Shown one piece after another: positions 29,871-40,021 of a stretch of 64,000 nucleotides of DNA. The notes below the pieces were generated by a model. The model was given only the letters and a program-made list of their open reading frames with translations, did no database searches and was not told where the DNA came from. Numbering within the stretch: position 1 is the stretch's first letter; each line of letters begins with the position of its first letter. A program made the translations under genes and the position numbers. The DNA is from Calditrichia bacterium. GTDB taxonomy: Bacteria; Calditrichota; Calditrichia; JAJRVZ01. The stretch is taken from the NCBI GenBank assembly GCA_963796965.1, contig CAWCNS010000008.1:320001-384000 (forward strand). The letters are read 5' to 3'.

Positions 29871-31223
29871 ATGAAATATGATAAAATTAAATTCTTACAC
29901 AGCGACAATATCAAGAAACTCATTCAGATTTTTAATTTTTCGTGGTATAACCTTAAAAGTATAATCTTGATAACCCTAATTTTAGGTTTTCTATATTTCC
30001 CCACCAATGCCCAATCATTTGAACCCACGATACCCCAGATTCCAGGTATCGATATTAAACTGGGTAAAACGGTGGTAATCCCACATCAGGAAAAGGTCAA
30101 AACAGCCCTGGCTTTTCGTTTTAATGATGGCCGTATCGTCGTCGGGAATAAAAAGAATTCCCGCTGGTCTTACGACAACGGTAATACCTGGGAAGCCGGT
30201 CCGGAGGTTCAATTCGATAAAGCAGCGATAGACCTGGGAAATGGAGAGATTTTAAGCATCGGGCGAAATTCAAAAAGACAACCAGATGGAAAATCTTCTG
30301 TCAGACTTCTTCGCTCACTAGATAATTGGAAAACGATTTCAGAGGAGGAAGCCGTGGTTGATATTCCCCGTGCCTCTTACACGATTACCGGAAGTGGAGG
30401 TCGGGTTGATGGGTTCCTTTTTCACCATGGTATTCTTGCTCTTGATAATGGTGATTTGATTTGCTCCTTGTATGGGAATTATGAGGGGGATGTTCAGTTA
30501 TGTGCCGGTTACCCGGCAGAACTGGGTCAACGCAAATACCACACTGTGGTTGTCTTTTCAAAAGATAAAGGAAAAACCTGGGGAAATCCTGTTCATGTCG
30601 CCTATGATAAAATGCTTGGCCGTGGTATACCAGATGATCATGATATGGTCGGAAAGAGCATTCCGGAAAGCCGCGTTAGCAGGACAACCATTGTCCCTGC
30701 CGTAACCATGGAAGGATTTCGTGAGTCAGACCTGGTACAGGCACAAAATGGAGATCTGATCTGCCTAATGCGTTCCGGGGGCCGCAATCCGGTTCCTGAA
30801 GCCAATCTATTTCCTACACCGCTCTACTGTTCCCGTTCAAGTGACAACGGCCAAACCTGGTCACCACCAGCCCAGATTGCTGATCGCGGGGTCTGCCCAA
30901 ATGCCGTCACCATGAGCAATGGTATTATTGTCTGCACCTATAGCCGACCCGGAAACTGGTTGATTTTTTCAGATGATCATGGTAAAACCTGGAAAGGTGC
31001 CTTACAATTTGGAGAAGGCGGCGCAACAAATTATATCCATGAGGTTGCACCGGATACGATTCAGGTCTATTATGAGGTTGAAGAAGGTGGTGAGGACAGG
31101 GTGCAAGGAATATTCTTTACCGTAAAAAAAGATCAACTAGCCCGACCTATCAATTATTTTCTCACGCAGAGACGCAGAGAAGACTATTTTACTTTTTTAA
31201 TATTTGAAAAAGGTTTAATTTAA
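29871..31223 (+). CDS. Secreted sialidase-fold (BNR/Asp-box) protein
   Basis: Asp boxes SYDNGNTW, SKDKGKTW, SSDNGQTW, SDDHGKTW. No FRIP motif seen. The true stop is probably TAG at 31138-31140 (A7 homopolymer slip). Confidence 0.8.
   Translation: MKYDKIKFLHSDNIKKLIQIFNFSWYNLKSIILITLILGFLYFPTNAQSFEPTIPQIPGIDIKLGKTVVIPHQEKVKTALAFRFNDGRIVVGNKKNSRWSYDNGNTWEAGPEVQFDKAAIDLGNGEILSIGRNSKRQPDGKSSVRLLRSLDNWKTISEEEAVVDIPRASYTITGSGGRVDGFLFHHGILALDNGDLICSLYGNYEGDVQLCAGYPAELGQRKYHTVVVFSKDKGKTWGNPVHVAYDKMLGRGIPDDHDMVGKSIPESRVSRTTIVPAVTMEGFRESDLVQAQNGDLICLMRSGGRNPVPEANLFPTPLYCSRSSDNGQTWSPPAQIADRGVCPNAVTMSNGIIVCTYSRPGNWLIFSDDHGKTWKGALQFGEGGATNYIHEVAPDTIQVYYEVEEGGEDRVQGIFFTVKKDQLARPINYFLTQRRREDYFTFLIFEKGLI
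31160..31180. repeat. Solo left arm of the TCTCACGCAG family
   Basis: TCTCACGCAGAGACGCAGAGA. Confidence 0.65.
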
Positions 31224-31345
31224 TGGCACAAATTCAAGTGAAGAGGGCCAGATTTCTGCTTTCTGATCACCTGTATTCCTTTAACTTAATCTTTGAATTG
31301 TAAAATCATCGCTCCTACTTCAATGTGATTACAATCTAAATGACA

Positions 31346-33032
31346 TTAAGGTCTGGTATAGGTTGGAGAAATCTCAAAAGTTAAGTTCTGTGTATCAGAA
31401 ACCACTAAGTCCCCCCATACCGTAATGAGATTATCATGATATTCTTTAATGACCCCCCATCGCTTCCCAATTTTAAAAATCCTGCCAGGAAGGACAAGAT
31501 CATCTGACAGTGATTCAATGATCTTAATTTGGGATTGTCCATACTTTTTATCATAGGTAATATTAGTGATCTTCCCATCGATATGATCATCCAAAAACTC
31601 GGGAGAGAGATTGGCATTATTCTTTCCTGTCTTAATGCTCTCATCGTCAACATTATTATTTTCAAAAACAGGCATGGTCACGGTATTTTTGGAGACGACT
31701 AAGGCTCCTTTTCCATTTTCCCTGATGATATTATTTCGAATAATGGAAGCCTGCATATAGGCAAAGGCATTTGAGTAGGATACGCCATAATCATTGGGAT
31801 GATTTATAATGATATTATCCTCAAGTTCCAAATAGGCGTCCACACTCTGAAGCCCCCCACCCGGGTTTTCAAATATGACATTATTAATGATCCTCGCTCT
31901 GCCTTCCTTGCTTAATCGGATACCACCAACACCCCCCCCAAGCGTCCAGTTCCCGGCGACAATATTATCCTTAATCAATGGATTACTCTGCTTCATTAAA
32001 TAAATGCCGCCACCATCATCATCACCAATATTTCCTAATATCCAGTTTCCTTCTATGACCGGATAAGAAAAATACTCACAATAAATACCCCCGGCATCAC
32101 TACGACCTCTGGCCTCATTGGCAACTATAACATTATTGCGAATAAGTGGGCGGGCCTCAAAAGCACATGAAATCGCTCCGCCATTGCTGCTACGCGTTCT
32201 TGAAAGATCATTCATACCTGCTATATTACCAACAAATACATTGTTTTCCAGGACAGCCTGCAACCCTCCAACCATCCGATTTCTATCAATTTCTGTTTCT
32301 GGGGCTCCCTTTAATCTCACCCACCCATAGAAAGCAATACCAGCGCCATTTCCGATTGAAGTTCTATTACCTAAAAACAAATTATTTTTGATAACGGGAA
32401 CAGCATTAAACATACAGGCGATACCTCCACCATGAATACCATCCTGATGGATACGGGTATCATTAAATTCTTTTGGCTCTGCAACCAAATTGTTTATTAT
32501 TTGGTTATTTGTGATAGTAGGAGAGGTATCGTCGCAGAGAATCCCGCCTCCATGCGCCTGGGCCAAACCATTCGAGACAACAAATCCATCAATTCTGGAT
32601 GAATCTGCGGCAATAACAACACGCCTTACCCCCTCCCCATCGAGAAATGTTTTATTCTTGATGATGTCTCGCTTCCACTTTTCCGAGTTGAATCCACCAT
32701 ATAGATCAATCAGAGGATGCATCGTAATCGTACCTTGATTATAGATGCCCGATGCAACAAAAATAGCCGTCTTCACACGAGAAAAGCTAGCTTCTTTAAT
32801 AGCATAGTGTATTGTCTTCCATGGTTTCTTCGCGGAGCCATCCCCGAATTTATCAGAGCCTGAATTCACAGACACATAATAAATGCTTTTATACACTATC
32901 GATTACAACCTCTTCAGTTTTTGGTCCGACAAGATCGATATTTCGGATTGTTGAGGATGATGCAATGGATTGATCACTGATAAATAGACATGCAAAAACA
33001 AATATAAAAGTAAAAAGTTTTTTACAATTCAT
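31346..33032 (-). CDS. Secreted right-handed beta-helix (pectin-lyase-like, DUF1565-type start) protein; frameshift near 32895
   Basis: Signal peptide MNCKKLFTF at 33032, YVS.NSGSD..GDGS..KPWKTI, repeated GGGI.C...P.I.NN...N. Confidence 0.8.
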
Positions 33033-33148
33033 GATTGTCCTTTAATTGTTTAGTAATTGACCTCTCACAATATCCCCCTCCTTAGCTGGCGTAATATCAG
33101 TTAATTCGCATCAATCTTAGTGCGTGAATGTTCTTTTCCCCCTTGGAA

Positions 33149-33358
33149 GGGGCAGTTGCAGTATCACTTTTTATACAGACTTTTGATATATGAAAGGTCT
33201 GTCTCCCCCTTGGGAAAGGGGGATTAAGGGGGATGTAAAATTTATCTATGTTATGTATAAACAACCCCCTCGCCCCCTTTGTTAAGGGGGAATAGATTTT
33301 GCTTAATCTATAGAAAAATACACTTTTGTCCAAAAACATTCTAAACTGCAACAGCCCC
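33149..33358. mobile_element. 210-bp MITE with 14-bp TIRs and a 4-bp GGAA target duplication
   Basis: TIRs GGGGCAGTTGCAGT / ACTGCAACAGCCCC (13/14). GGAA at 33145-33148 and 33359-33362. The empty site is the perfect hairpin TTCCCCCTT-GGAA-AAGGGGGAA. Confidence 0.8.
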
Positions 33359-33463
33359 GGAAAAGGGGGAATAAATATTGCTTATTTGAACAGATAATTA
33401 CATTTTTCTGATAAAATTATATAATCTACAACGACACATAACGAGGCGAATTAAATGGAGTGG

Positions 33464-36313
33464 TTAATCCAAATTAATCTTTACCTCTGTCAAAACTGGA
33501 GAATATGCCCCATTCTCCGTTTCAAAGACTGCCTGGTATTGAATCCATTCTCCATCAGGAAGGTTTTTTATGTTCTGACCGGATGCTTCATAGAAACTAT
33601 CTTTTCCTTCAGGACCTTCCCATTCTGTTGACTCGAGTTCATCTCTACTGCTTGCCGATCTCAACTGAAACTTAATGGAGGACTGATGTGGCATTTCGCC
33701 TTTCCATCTAATCTGATGGGGAGTTCTATTTCCGATCTGATAGGCAGATGAAGTGTATGTATTAACAAATGATCGATCACGAATATGACCGATATCGATT
33801 CCCACATCATAGTGTACACCAACCGTGGGAATTTCTAATCGATTGTTGGGGCTAAAACCTTTTGTGCCACCCCAGTAAATCAACGAATTCGTATGATGGT
33901 CACCAAACTTTCCAATCTCAGCATAACTGCCGTCATGGCGGTGGCAGAAGAAGAAGATATCCTCAAATCCATCCCGGTTGAAGTCAGACACGATTGAACC
34001 CGTTGCACCATCCGTGGGTAACTTAATACTGTTATCCAGCGAATAACCACTTTTTGAACCAAGCAATACTGTTGAATGCCAGGATCGTTTACCATTTCCT
34101 TTATAAAAGGGGCAGACCAGATCAAGCCAACCATCTGTATTGACATCAGCCACACACATCGTTTTTGCCATCACCGGAATTGTCTCTGATTGATCTGATA
34201 AAAATTGGCCTCCCTCCATTTGGTAATATATGAGGACATTTTTATCATGAGCGAAAGCAATATCGAGTAATCCATCTTTATTCAAATCCGCCACACCTGG
34301 AGTTCCAGATCCATTACTCTTCTCTATCCTCTCTCTTCTTTCTTCTGCAAAAGTTCGGCTACCATCGCCATAGAATATAGAAGCCTCCCCCCACGGACCT
34401 TGTTGGCCAAAAACAAGATCCAGGTCTCCATCGCCATTGAGATCGCAGACGGCGACTGCTCTTGTTTGCACAAGTGGCAGCACCGTTCGCTCGGTCAGCG
34501 GCCAACCTTGTGCTCCTCCCCAGTAAATAAAGCTACCAGGCGAAGGATCTTCTTTCTCCAATCCGGGGAAAGCATGTCCATTAGAAATGATAACATCGAG
34601 ATAACCATCGTGATCCAAATCGGCGACCTCCACACCGAGGCTAGCATAGGCTGGCAATCCACTTTTCCGCCAGGAATCAAATGTATTTTTTTCGTTCCAA
34701 TAAACCCATACCTCATTGGCCTCCCGGGTCACTTCACCACGGTTCATTAGGAGCACATCCACCTCTCCATCATCATCAAGATCGGTGAAGGCCTGTTCAT
34801 AGGCTTCTCTTCCAGGGAGATCAATTTTATCCTCAATCGAATACAATCCCTCTTTATTACCGAAATACAGATAGTTAGGATCGTAATCGCCCCGCGAATT
34901 TCCCATCATTGAGGTGATTAAAATGTCCAAATGCCCATCGCCATTTAAGTCTGCTATGGCATTTCCCTGAGCACCATGTTCATAGAGTGGGGTACGTTTT
35001 GTTTTTTGAAAACCTTCCGGTCCATTCCAATAGATAAAAGAGGGGACCTCATAAGAATAATGTTCCTGAAAGTTACAAACAAACAAATCGATCCAGCCAT
35101 CGTTGTTAAGATCTTGAGCATTGGCGCCCCATGCCCCGATGGTCGGTATCGGTTGACGATTATTTTGGGAAAAACCTTCCGCTGAACCAAAATAAATATA
35201 AGAGTCAATCAGGCGATTGGCTTTTTTGGGGTCTCCACTGAGGGAATACTGATGATTGCTAAAAAAAACGTCAGCAAACGAATCATTATTAAAATCTGCA
35301 ACAACAGCATCCTTTGCTGCATACGTTTCGAATTCTACTCGATGTTCCTGTTTAAAAGTTCCGTATTGATTAAGATAAGCAAATGATGTGTTACCCATCT
35401 CATTGGCAAAGATTATATCGGGTAGACCATCATTATTTATATCTCCAACTTCCACAGCGTGCGGCTTATGGGTTGGAAGCGTGGTTAAGTTATCTTCCCT
35501 AAATCCTTTCTTGGAGCCATAATACAGAAAAGATTCCTTGCCATCGCCGTTTGAAAAAACCAGGTCCGGCCAATTATCTTCATTCAGATCGGCAACCACC
35601 ACATCTGTTGCGCCTTTTGTCATCAGATTGGTGAACTTCTTCTCATCAAAGCCATCCGCCGAACCCCAGTAGATTCTCGATGGCGAACCACCCACTTTGT
35701 TTTTATCACGATATTCCCAGAAACCACCCGAAAATGCAAAGACAATATCTTTATACCCATCCCTGTTAAAATCACCTATGGCTGGTTTTTGCGCATTCGA
35801 AGAAGGAAGTTCGATTCGTTTGTTAAAGGGATAGAAGGCCCATTCTTCATCCCCCGGTTTATAAGATTTATCTTTTAGACCTCCATAATAAACAAATGAT
35901 GGCATATCCGTCCAGGTACCATTGGAGTAATTCGCTACGACTAAATCCATCTCACCATCATCATTCAGATCCCCCGGCGCTACCCACATGGGTCCATTGG
36001 CCGGAACATAACTATGGTCTCTTATGCTAAAATCTTTACCATTACCCCAATAAATCGACATGTCCAACATTTCAATGAGAGGATGTGAATTAGCTGCAAG
36101 GATATCCACATGACTATCATTATTAACATCCCAGCGATTGATCATCTGGATTCGGCCCTTCTTTGATACATACCAATTCGCGCCGGCATCGTCAAAAGTA
36201 CCATCGACAAAATCTTCAAAAGAATTCTCTACCCACACATCCTGGGCGATAAGCGGTGCCATCGTCAAATTAACAACCCAGAGGAGTAGGATATAACATA
36301 GAACCTTTTTCAT
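33464..36313 (-). CDS. Secreted FG-GAP/VCBS repeat protein (paralog 2)
   Basis: 949 aa with many DxNxDGxxD repeats. N- and C-terminal motifs are shared with 9289..12112. Confidence 0.88.
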   Translation of the reverse strand: MKKVLCYILLLWVVNLTMAPLIAQDVWVENSFEDFVDGTFDDAGANWYVSKKGRIQMINRWDVNNDSHVDILAANSHPLIEMLDMSIYWGNGKDFSIRDHSYVPANGPMWVAPGDLNDDGEMDLVVANYSNGTWTDMPSFVYYGGLKDKSYKPGDEEWAFYPFNKRIELPSSNAQKPAIGDFNRDGYKDIVFAFSGGFWEYRDKNKVGGSPSRIYWGSADGFDEKKFTNLMTKGATDVVVADLNEDNWPDLVFSNGDGKESFLYYGSKKGFREDNLTTLPTHKPHAVEVGDINNDGLPDIIFANEMGNTSFAYLNQYGTFKQEHRVEFETYAAKDAVVADFNNDSFADVFFSNHQYSLSGDPKKANRLIDSYIYFGSAEGFSQNNRQPIPTIGAWGANAQDLNNDGWIDLFVCNFQEHYSYEVPSFIYWNGPEGFQKTKRTPLYEHGAQGNAIADLNGDGHLDILITSMMGNSRGDYDPNYLYFGNKEGLYSIEDKIDLPGREAYEQAFTDLDDDGEVDVLLMNRGEVTREANEVWVYWNEKNTFDSWRKSGLPAYASLGVEVADLDHDGYLDVIISNGHAFPGLEKEDPSPGSFIYWGGAQGWPLTERTVLPLVQTRAVAVCDLNGDGDLDLVFGQQGPWGEASIFYGDGSRTFAEERRERIEKSNGSGTPGVADLNKDGLLDIAFAHDKNVLIYYQMEGGQFLSDQSETIPVMAKTMCVADVNTDGWLDLVCPFYKGNGKRSWHSTVLLGSKSGYSLDNSIKLPTDGATGSIVSDFNRDGFEDIFFFCHRHDGSYAEIGKFGDHHTNSLIYWGGTKGFSPNNRLEIPTVGVHYDVGIDIGHIRDRSFVNTYTSSAYQIGNRTPHQIRWKGEMPHQSSIKFQLRSASSRDELESTEWEGPEGKDSFYEASGQNIKNLPDGEWIQYQAVFETENGAYSPVLTEVKINLD

Positions 36314-36402
36314 AGTTTTCTCTCTTTACAACTGTAGGTAATATCAGATATACTTATTATATCTAAAAATATGTGTGCTTTCCCACAATAAATTCTTTAT
36401 CT

Positions 36403-36485
36403 AACGCAGAGAACGCAGAGTCTTAAATATTTAATTTTAAAGAATATATCGTGTTTTTCTTTGCGCCCTTTGCGAACTCTGCGTT
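36403..36485. repeat. Palindromic element, AACGCAGAG family
   Basis: AACGCAGAGAACGCAGAG ... CTTTGCGAACTCTGCGTT. Confidence 0.75.
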
Positions 36486-36586
36486 TAATAATACCCTAAT
36501 CTTAACTCAGTGGATATTTTATTTATCTTAACTCTAATGCATAGAATATTTAATCAATAATTAATTAAAGATAAAAGATAAAGAAA

Positions 36587-36697
36587 TAATGACAAATGAC
36601 CAAGCCCAAATACCAATTCAAATCCCAATGAGGAAATTTCAAATTGCGATCATCCATTATCAGTTATTTATTGGAAATTAGGATTTTGATATTTGTA
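36587..36697. repeat. Heptamer-periodic inverted element (AATGACAAATGACCAA... family)
   Basis: AATGACAAATGACCAAGCCCAAATACCAA ... TTGGAAATTAGGATTTTGATATTTG. Confidence 0.6.
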
Positions 36698-36809
36698 CTT
36701 CAATTAAATATATCTTTCCTCTTTACCCATTTTTTATTACTCTTATCAAGATTTGATAAATAATTTACGCACTGAGATTATTCCATCTTTTAGGGAGGTT
36801 CTTTTGGTA

Positions 36810-39800
36810 ATGAAACTAAGTACTGCCCTGGTTATCCTCTTCTCGTTATTTTTAATCTTTATCTCAATAGAATGTTCTACAGAGCAGAAAATTTCCGCTT
36901 CTCTTGAGAGGAACTTTATATCACCCCCGCGCGAAGCACGTCCCAATGTTATGTGGTGGTGGTTGAACAGTTATATTAACGAGGAAGGAATCACCCGTGA
37001 TTTGGAGGAAATGAAAAAACAGGGCATCGGCGGAGCCCTGATCTTTGATGCCGCACCCGTAGACCGTTGGAAGCCCAAGGATGTTGAACCGGCCCCGATA
37101 GGTCCCCCTTTTATGAGTGAAAGATGGCGGGAATTATTTCGTCACGCTATTCGGGAGGCGGATCGTTTAGACCTGGAATTAGGTGTAAGTATGACAAGTG
37201 GCTTCAATGCCGGCGGACCCTGGGTGACGCCAGAATTTGGACAACAGGAAATAGTTTGGTCTGAATTAGTCGTTGACGCCTCTACGTCTTCTCCCATCCA
37301 TTTACCACTTCCCTCTGGACCAATTTATGGCGAAAATGGCGAATTACTAACCTATAATGAAATGAAGGTGGATAATGATCTAATACACGATAAGGATGGA
37401 TTACCTCTTCATTATAAAGATATTGCTGTATTAGCCCTTCCAATAAACAACAATTCCTACATTTCTGCTGCTACCAAACCAACATCGCAAAGGAATCGTC
37501 TCAAAAACTGGGCATTAAAATCTGTACATAGTTTTGATTATCCTGAGGATAAAGGTTTTAAGTTCGATGCTGTTTATGAAAATGTTCAAGGGATTTCAGA
37601 TGAGTTAAAAATCGATAAAGAATCCATCATTGATCTGACTGGCCATTTACAGGAGAACGGATACCTGAATTGGCAGGTACCGCAAGGGAAATGGATGATC
37701 CTTCGTTTTGGCCATACGCATACAGATATCAGGTTACAAGCAACCAATCCGCATAACGAAGGATTAGCGATGAACCATCTCAGCCAGGAAGCAGCGAAAA
37801 GCCATTTTGATGAGATCGGTAAAAAAATGCTTGAAGACATATCTGCCACCGGTGTACAAAGCCTCATCTATTTTTATCTGGACAGTTGGGAAGTGCGTAT
37901 CACCAACTGGACTGCTGGTTTTCGTACTGAATTTAAAAAGCGCAGAGGCTATGACATGACACCCTATCTCCCTGTTTTATCGGGAATCATAGTTGAAAAT
38001 CGCGAAATTTCTAATCGTTTTCTTCATGACTACCGTATGACTATTGGCGACTGCATTGCTGATAATTACTATGGAACATTCGGAGATCTTTCCCGTCAAA
38101 ATGGCTTGCAGTTCCGGGCAGAAATGGCCACGACTCCTATTCCGGTGGATATGTTAAAATGCCTTGGCCGCGTTGATCTTCCATTTGGGGAGTTCTGGAC
38201 GGAAACAGATTTACCAAAAGGACGCATTGAGCCCTGGGAAAGGAAGTTTGGTAAACAGGCTGCATCTGCCGCCCATATTTATGGAAAAAAATATAGTGCT
38301 GCTGAAGCGTTAACGGTTATTCAGAAACATTGGGAGCATAGCCCCTTTCAGTTAAAAAAAACAGTCGATCAGGCTTTATGTTCAGGGATAAACAGATTGA
38401 TGATCCACACTTTTACCCATTCTCCGCTCGGAGTTAAAGCACCAGGATATGAATATTTCGCAGGAACTCATTTTAATCCACAGATAACCTGGTGGAACCA
38501 GGCCCACGCTTTTACAGATTACATTAGTCGTTGTCAGTATTTATTACAACAGGGACATTTTGTTGCCGATGTTTGTTTTTACCAGGGGGATCAGATACCT
38601 GCATTTGTTCCGATGAAACAATCTCAGCCCGGCTTAGGTGATGGATACGATTATGATATCGTAAATACAGAAGTTATCCTAAGTCGCATGTCTGTTGATG
38701 AAGGCTGGCTAGTCCTGCCCGATGGTATGCGCTATCGATTAATGGTACTTCCGGAGACAGATATGATTAATCCTGCTGTACTACAAAAAATCAGAGATTT
38801 AGTGCAACAAGGTGCAACCGTAATCGGGGCAAAGCCAACAATGGCCTATGGATTAGAAAATTATCCACAGAGCGACTCATTAATTAAAATAATTGCAGGA
38901 CAACTGTGGGGTGATTGTGACGGTGAGGCGATTAAGGAAAATGCTTTTGGGAAAGGAAGAATTATTAATGGAAAAACAGCCCGGGAGGTTCTCACGAATA
39001 ATGACATCCCTCCGGATTTTGAATTTAAATGCACGCAAAAAGACGCTGACATTGATTATATCCACCGGCATATCTCAAAGGGATCTGATGATATCGATAT
39101 TTACTTTGTCATTAATTCAAGAGAACGTTGGGAGGAGATTGAATGTACTTTCAGGATTGACAATCGGGTACCGGAGGTCTGGGACCCGGGAACTGGTAAG
39201 ATAATTGAACAATTGATTTATAACCACAGGGATGGTCATTTGACGATGCCCCTGCGTCTTCCACCTTTTGGATCAGCTTATATCGTTTTTCGTAAACCTT
39301 CCGGTCAAATACATGTTAACAGCATCACCCGGAATTCTGAGTTTATTTATCCGGGAGGGAATTATCCAGTAGTAGATATCCCAATCATGGACATCAAATT
39401 AGCTGGCAATAATCAATTATTGATTGAGGCCTGGCAGGCTGGTACCTATCTGATGGGTATGAATACTGGCCAGGAGGTCAGGGCCAGTTTCTCCCCGCCT
39501 CAGCAACCATTCAGACTGAACGGAATCTGGAAAATAAAATTTCCATGCGGCTGGGGAGCTCCCGATTCTGTTAGTATTAAAAAATTAATCTCATGGACAA
39601 ATTTCCCTGTCGAGGGGATTAAATATTTTTCCGGTACGGCGACATATGAAACCGATTTCTTGATTGAAGCAATCCAGTTACGTCCAAACACATCGTATTA
39701 TCTTGACCTAGGTGTGGTCAAAGATATGGCCGAAATAGTACTCAACGACCAGAAACTACCTATTCTCTGGAAAAAACCATTTCGGGCTGATATTACACCC

Positions 39801-40007
39801 TGGCTACAATCAGGGCAAAACAGAGTGGAAATAAAAATCACAAATCTCTGGCCGAATCGGTTGATAGGCGATCAATGGCTTCCCAAAGAAGCGAGATACA
39901 CCTATACAAATATTGGTAAATTTACAAAAGATTCACCCCTAATTGAATCTGGTTTAAGTGGACCCGTACAAATATATCGCGTGGCTCAGCAGGTAGTTGA
40001 TTTTTAA
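36810..40007 (+). CDS. GH106 alpha-L-rhamnosidase-like lipoprotein
   Basis: PP.EARP...WWW.N, GITRDLE.MK..GIGG, DSWE, P.GEFW, A.SAAHIYGK...AAE, GIN....H, KYFSGTA.Y, NLWPNRLIGD, SGL.GPV. Confidence 0.88.
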   Translation: MKLSTALVILFSLFLIFISIECSTEQKISASLERNFISPPREARPNVMWWWLNSYINEEGITRDLEEMKKQGIGGALIFDAAPVDRWKPKDVEPAPIGPPFMSERWRELFRHAIREADRLDLELGVSMTSGFNAGGPWVTPEFGQQEIVWSELVVDASTSSPIHLPLPSGPIYGENGELLTYNEMKVDNDLIHDKDGLPLHYKDIAVLALPINNNSYISAATKPTSQRNRLKNWALKSVHSFDYPEDKGFKFDAVYENVQGISDELKIDKESIIDLTGHLQENGYLNWQVPQGKWMILRFGHTHTDIRLQATNPHNEGLAMNHLSQEAAKSHFDEIGKKMLEDISATGVQSLIYFYLDSWEVRITNWTAGFRTEFKKRRGYDMTPYLPVLSGIIVENREISNRFLHDYRMTIGDCIADNYYGTFGDLSRQNGLQFRAEMATTPIPVDMLKCLGRVDLPFGEFWTETDLPKGRIEPWERKFGKQAASAAHIYGKKYSAAEALTVIQKHWEHSPFQLKKTVDQALCSGINRLMIHTFTHSPLGVKAPGYEYFAGTHFNPQITWWNQAHAFTDYISRCQYLLQQGHFVADVCFYQGDQIPAFVPMKQSQPGLGDGYDYDIVNTEVILSRMSVDEGWLVLPDGMRYRLMVLPETDMINPAVLQKIRDLVQQGATVIGAKPTMAYGLENYPQSDSLIKIIAGQLWGDCDGEAIKENAFGKGRIINGKTAREVLTNNDIPPDFEFKCTQKDADIDYIHRHISKGSDDIDIYFVINSRERWEEIECTFRIDNRVPEVWDPGTGKIIEQLIYNHRDGHLTMPLRLPPFGSAYIVFRKPSGQIHVNSITRNSEFIYPGGNYPVVDIPIMDIKLAGNNQLLIEAWQAGTYLMGMNTGQEVRASFSPPQQPFRLNGIWKIKFPCGWGAPDSVSIKKLISWTNFPVEGIKYFSGTATYETDFLIEAIQLRPNTSYYLDLGVVKDMAEIVLNDQKLPILWKKPFRADITPWLQSGQNRVEIKITNLWPNRLIGDQWLPKEARYTYTNIGKFTKDSPLIESGLSGPVQIYRVAQQVVDF

Positions 40008-40021
40008 TATTCTCAATGAAT

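Noticed and set aside
31141..31223. C-terminal tails running into repeats (Asp-box protein; also zwf 46628-46701 and peroxidase 50773-50830)
   Set aside because: Most simply explained by single-base indels near the true stop codons
36346..36364. AGATATA-N5-TATATCT as a third IclR site
   Set aside because: It overlaps a TATAAT, but spacing and sequence differ from the two matched sites and the region is very AT-rich
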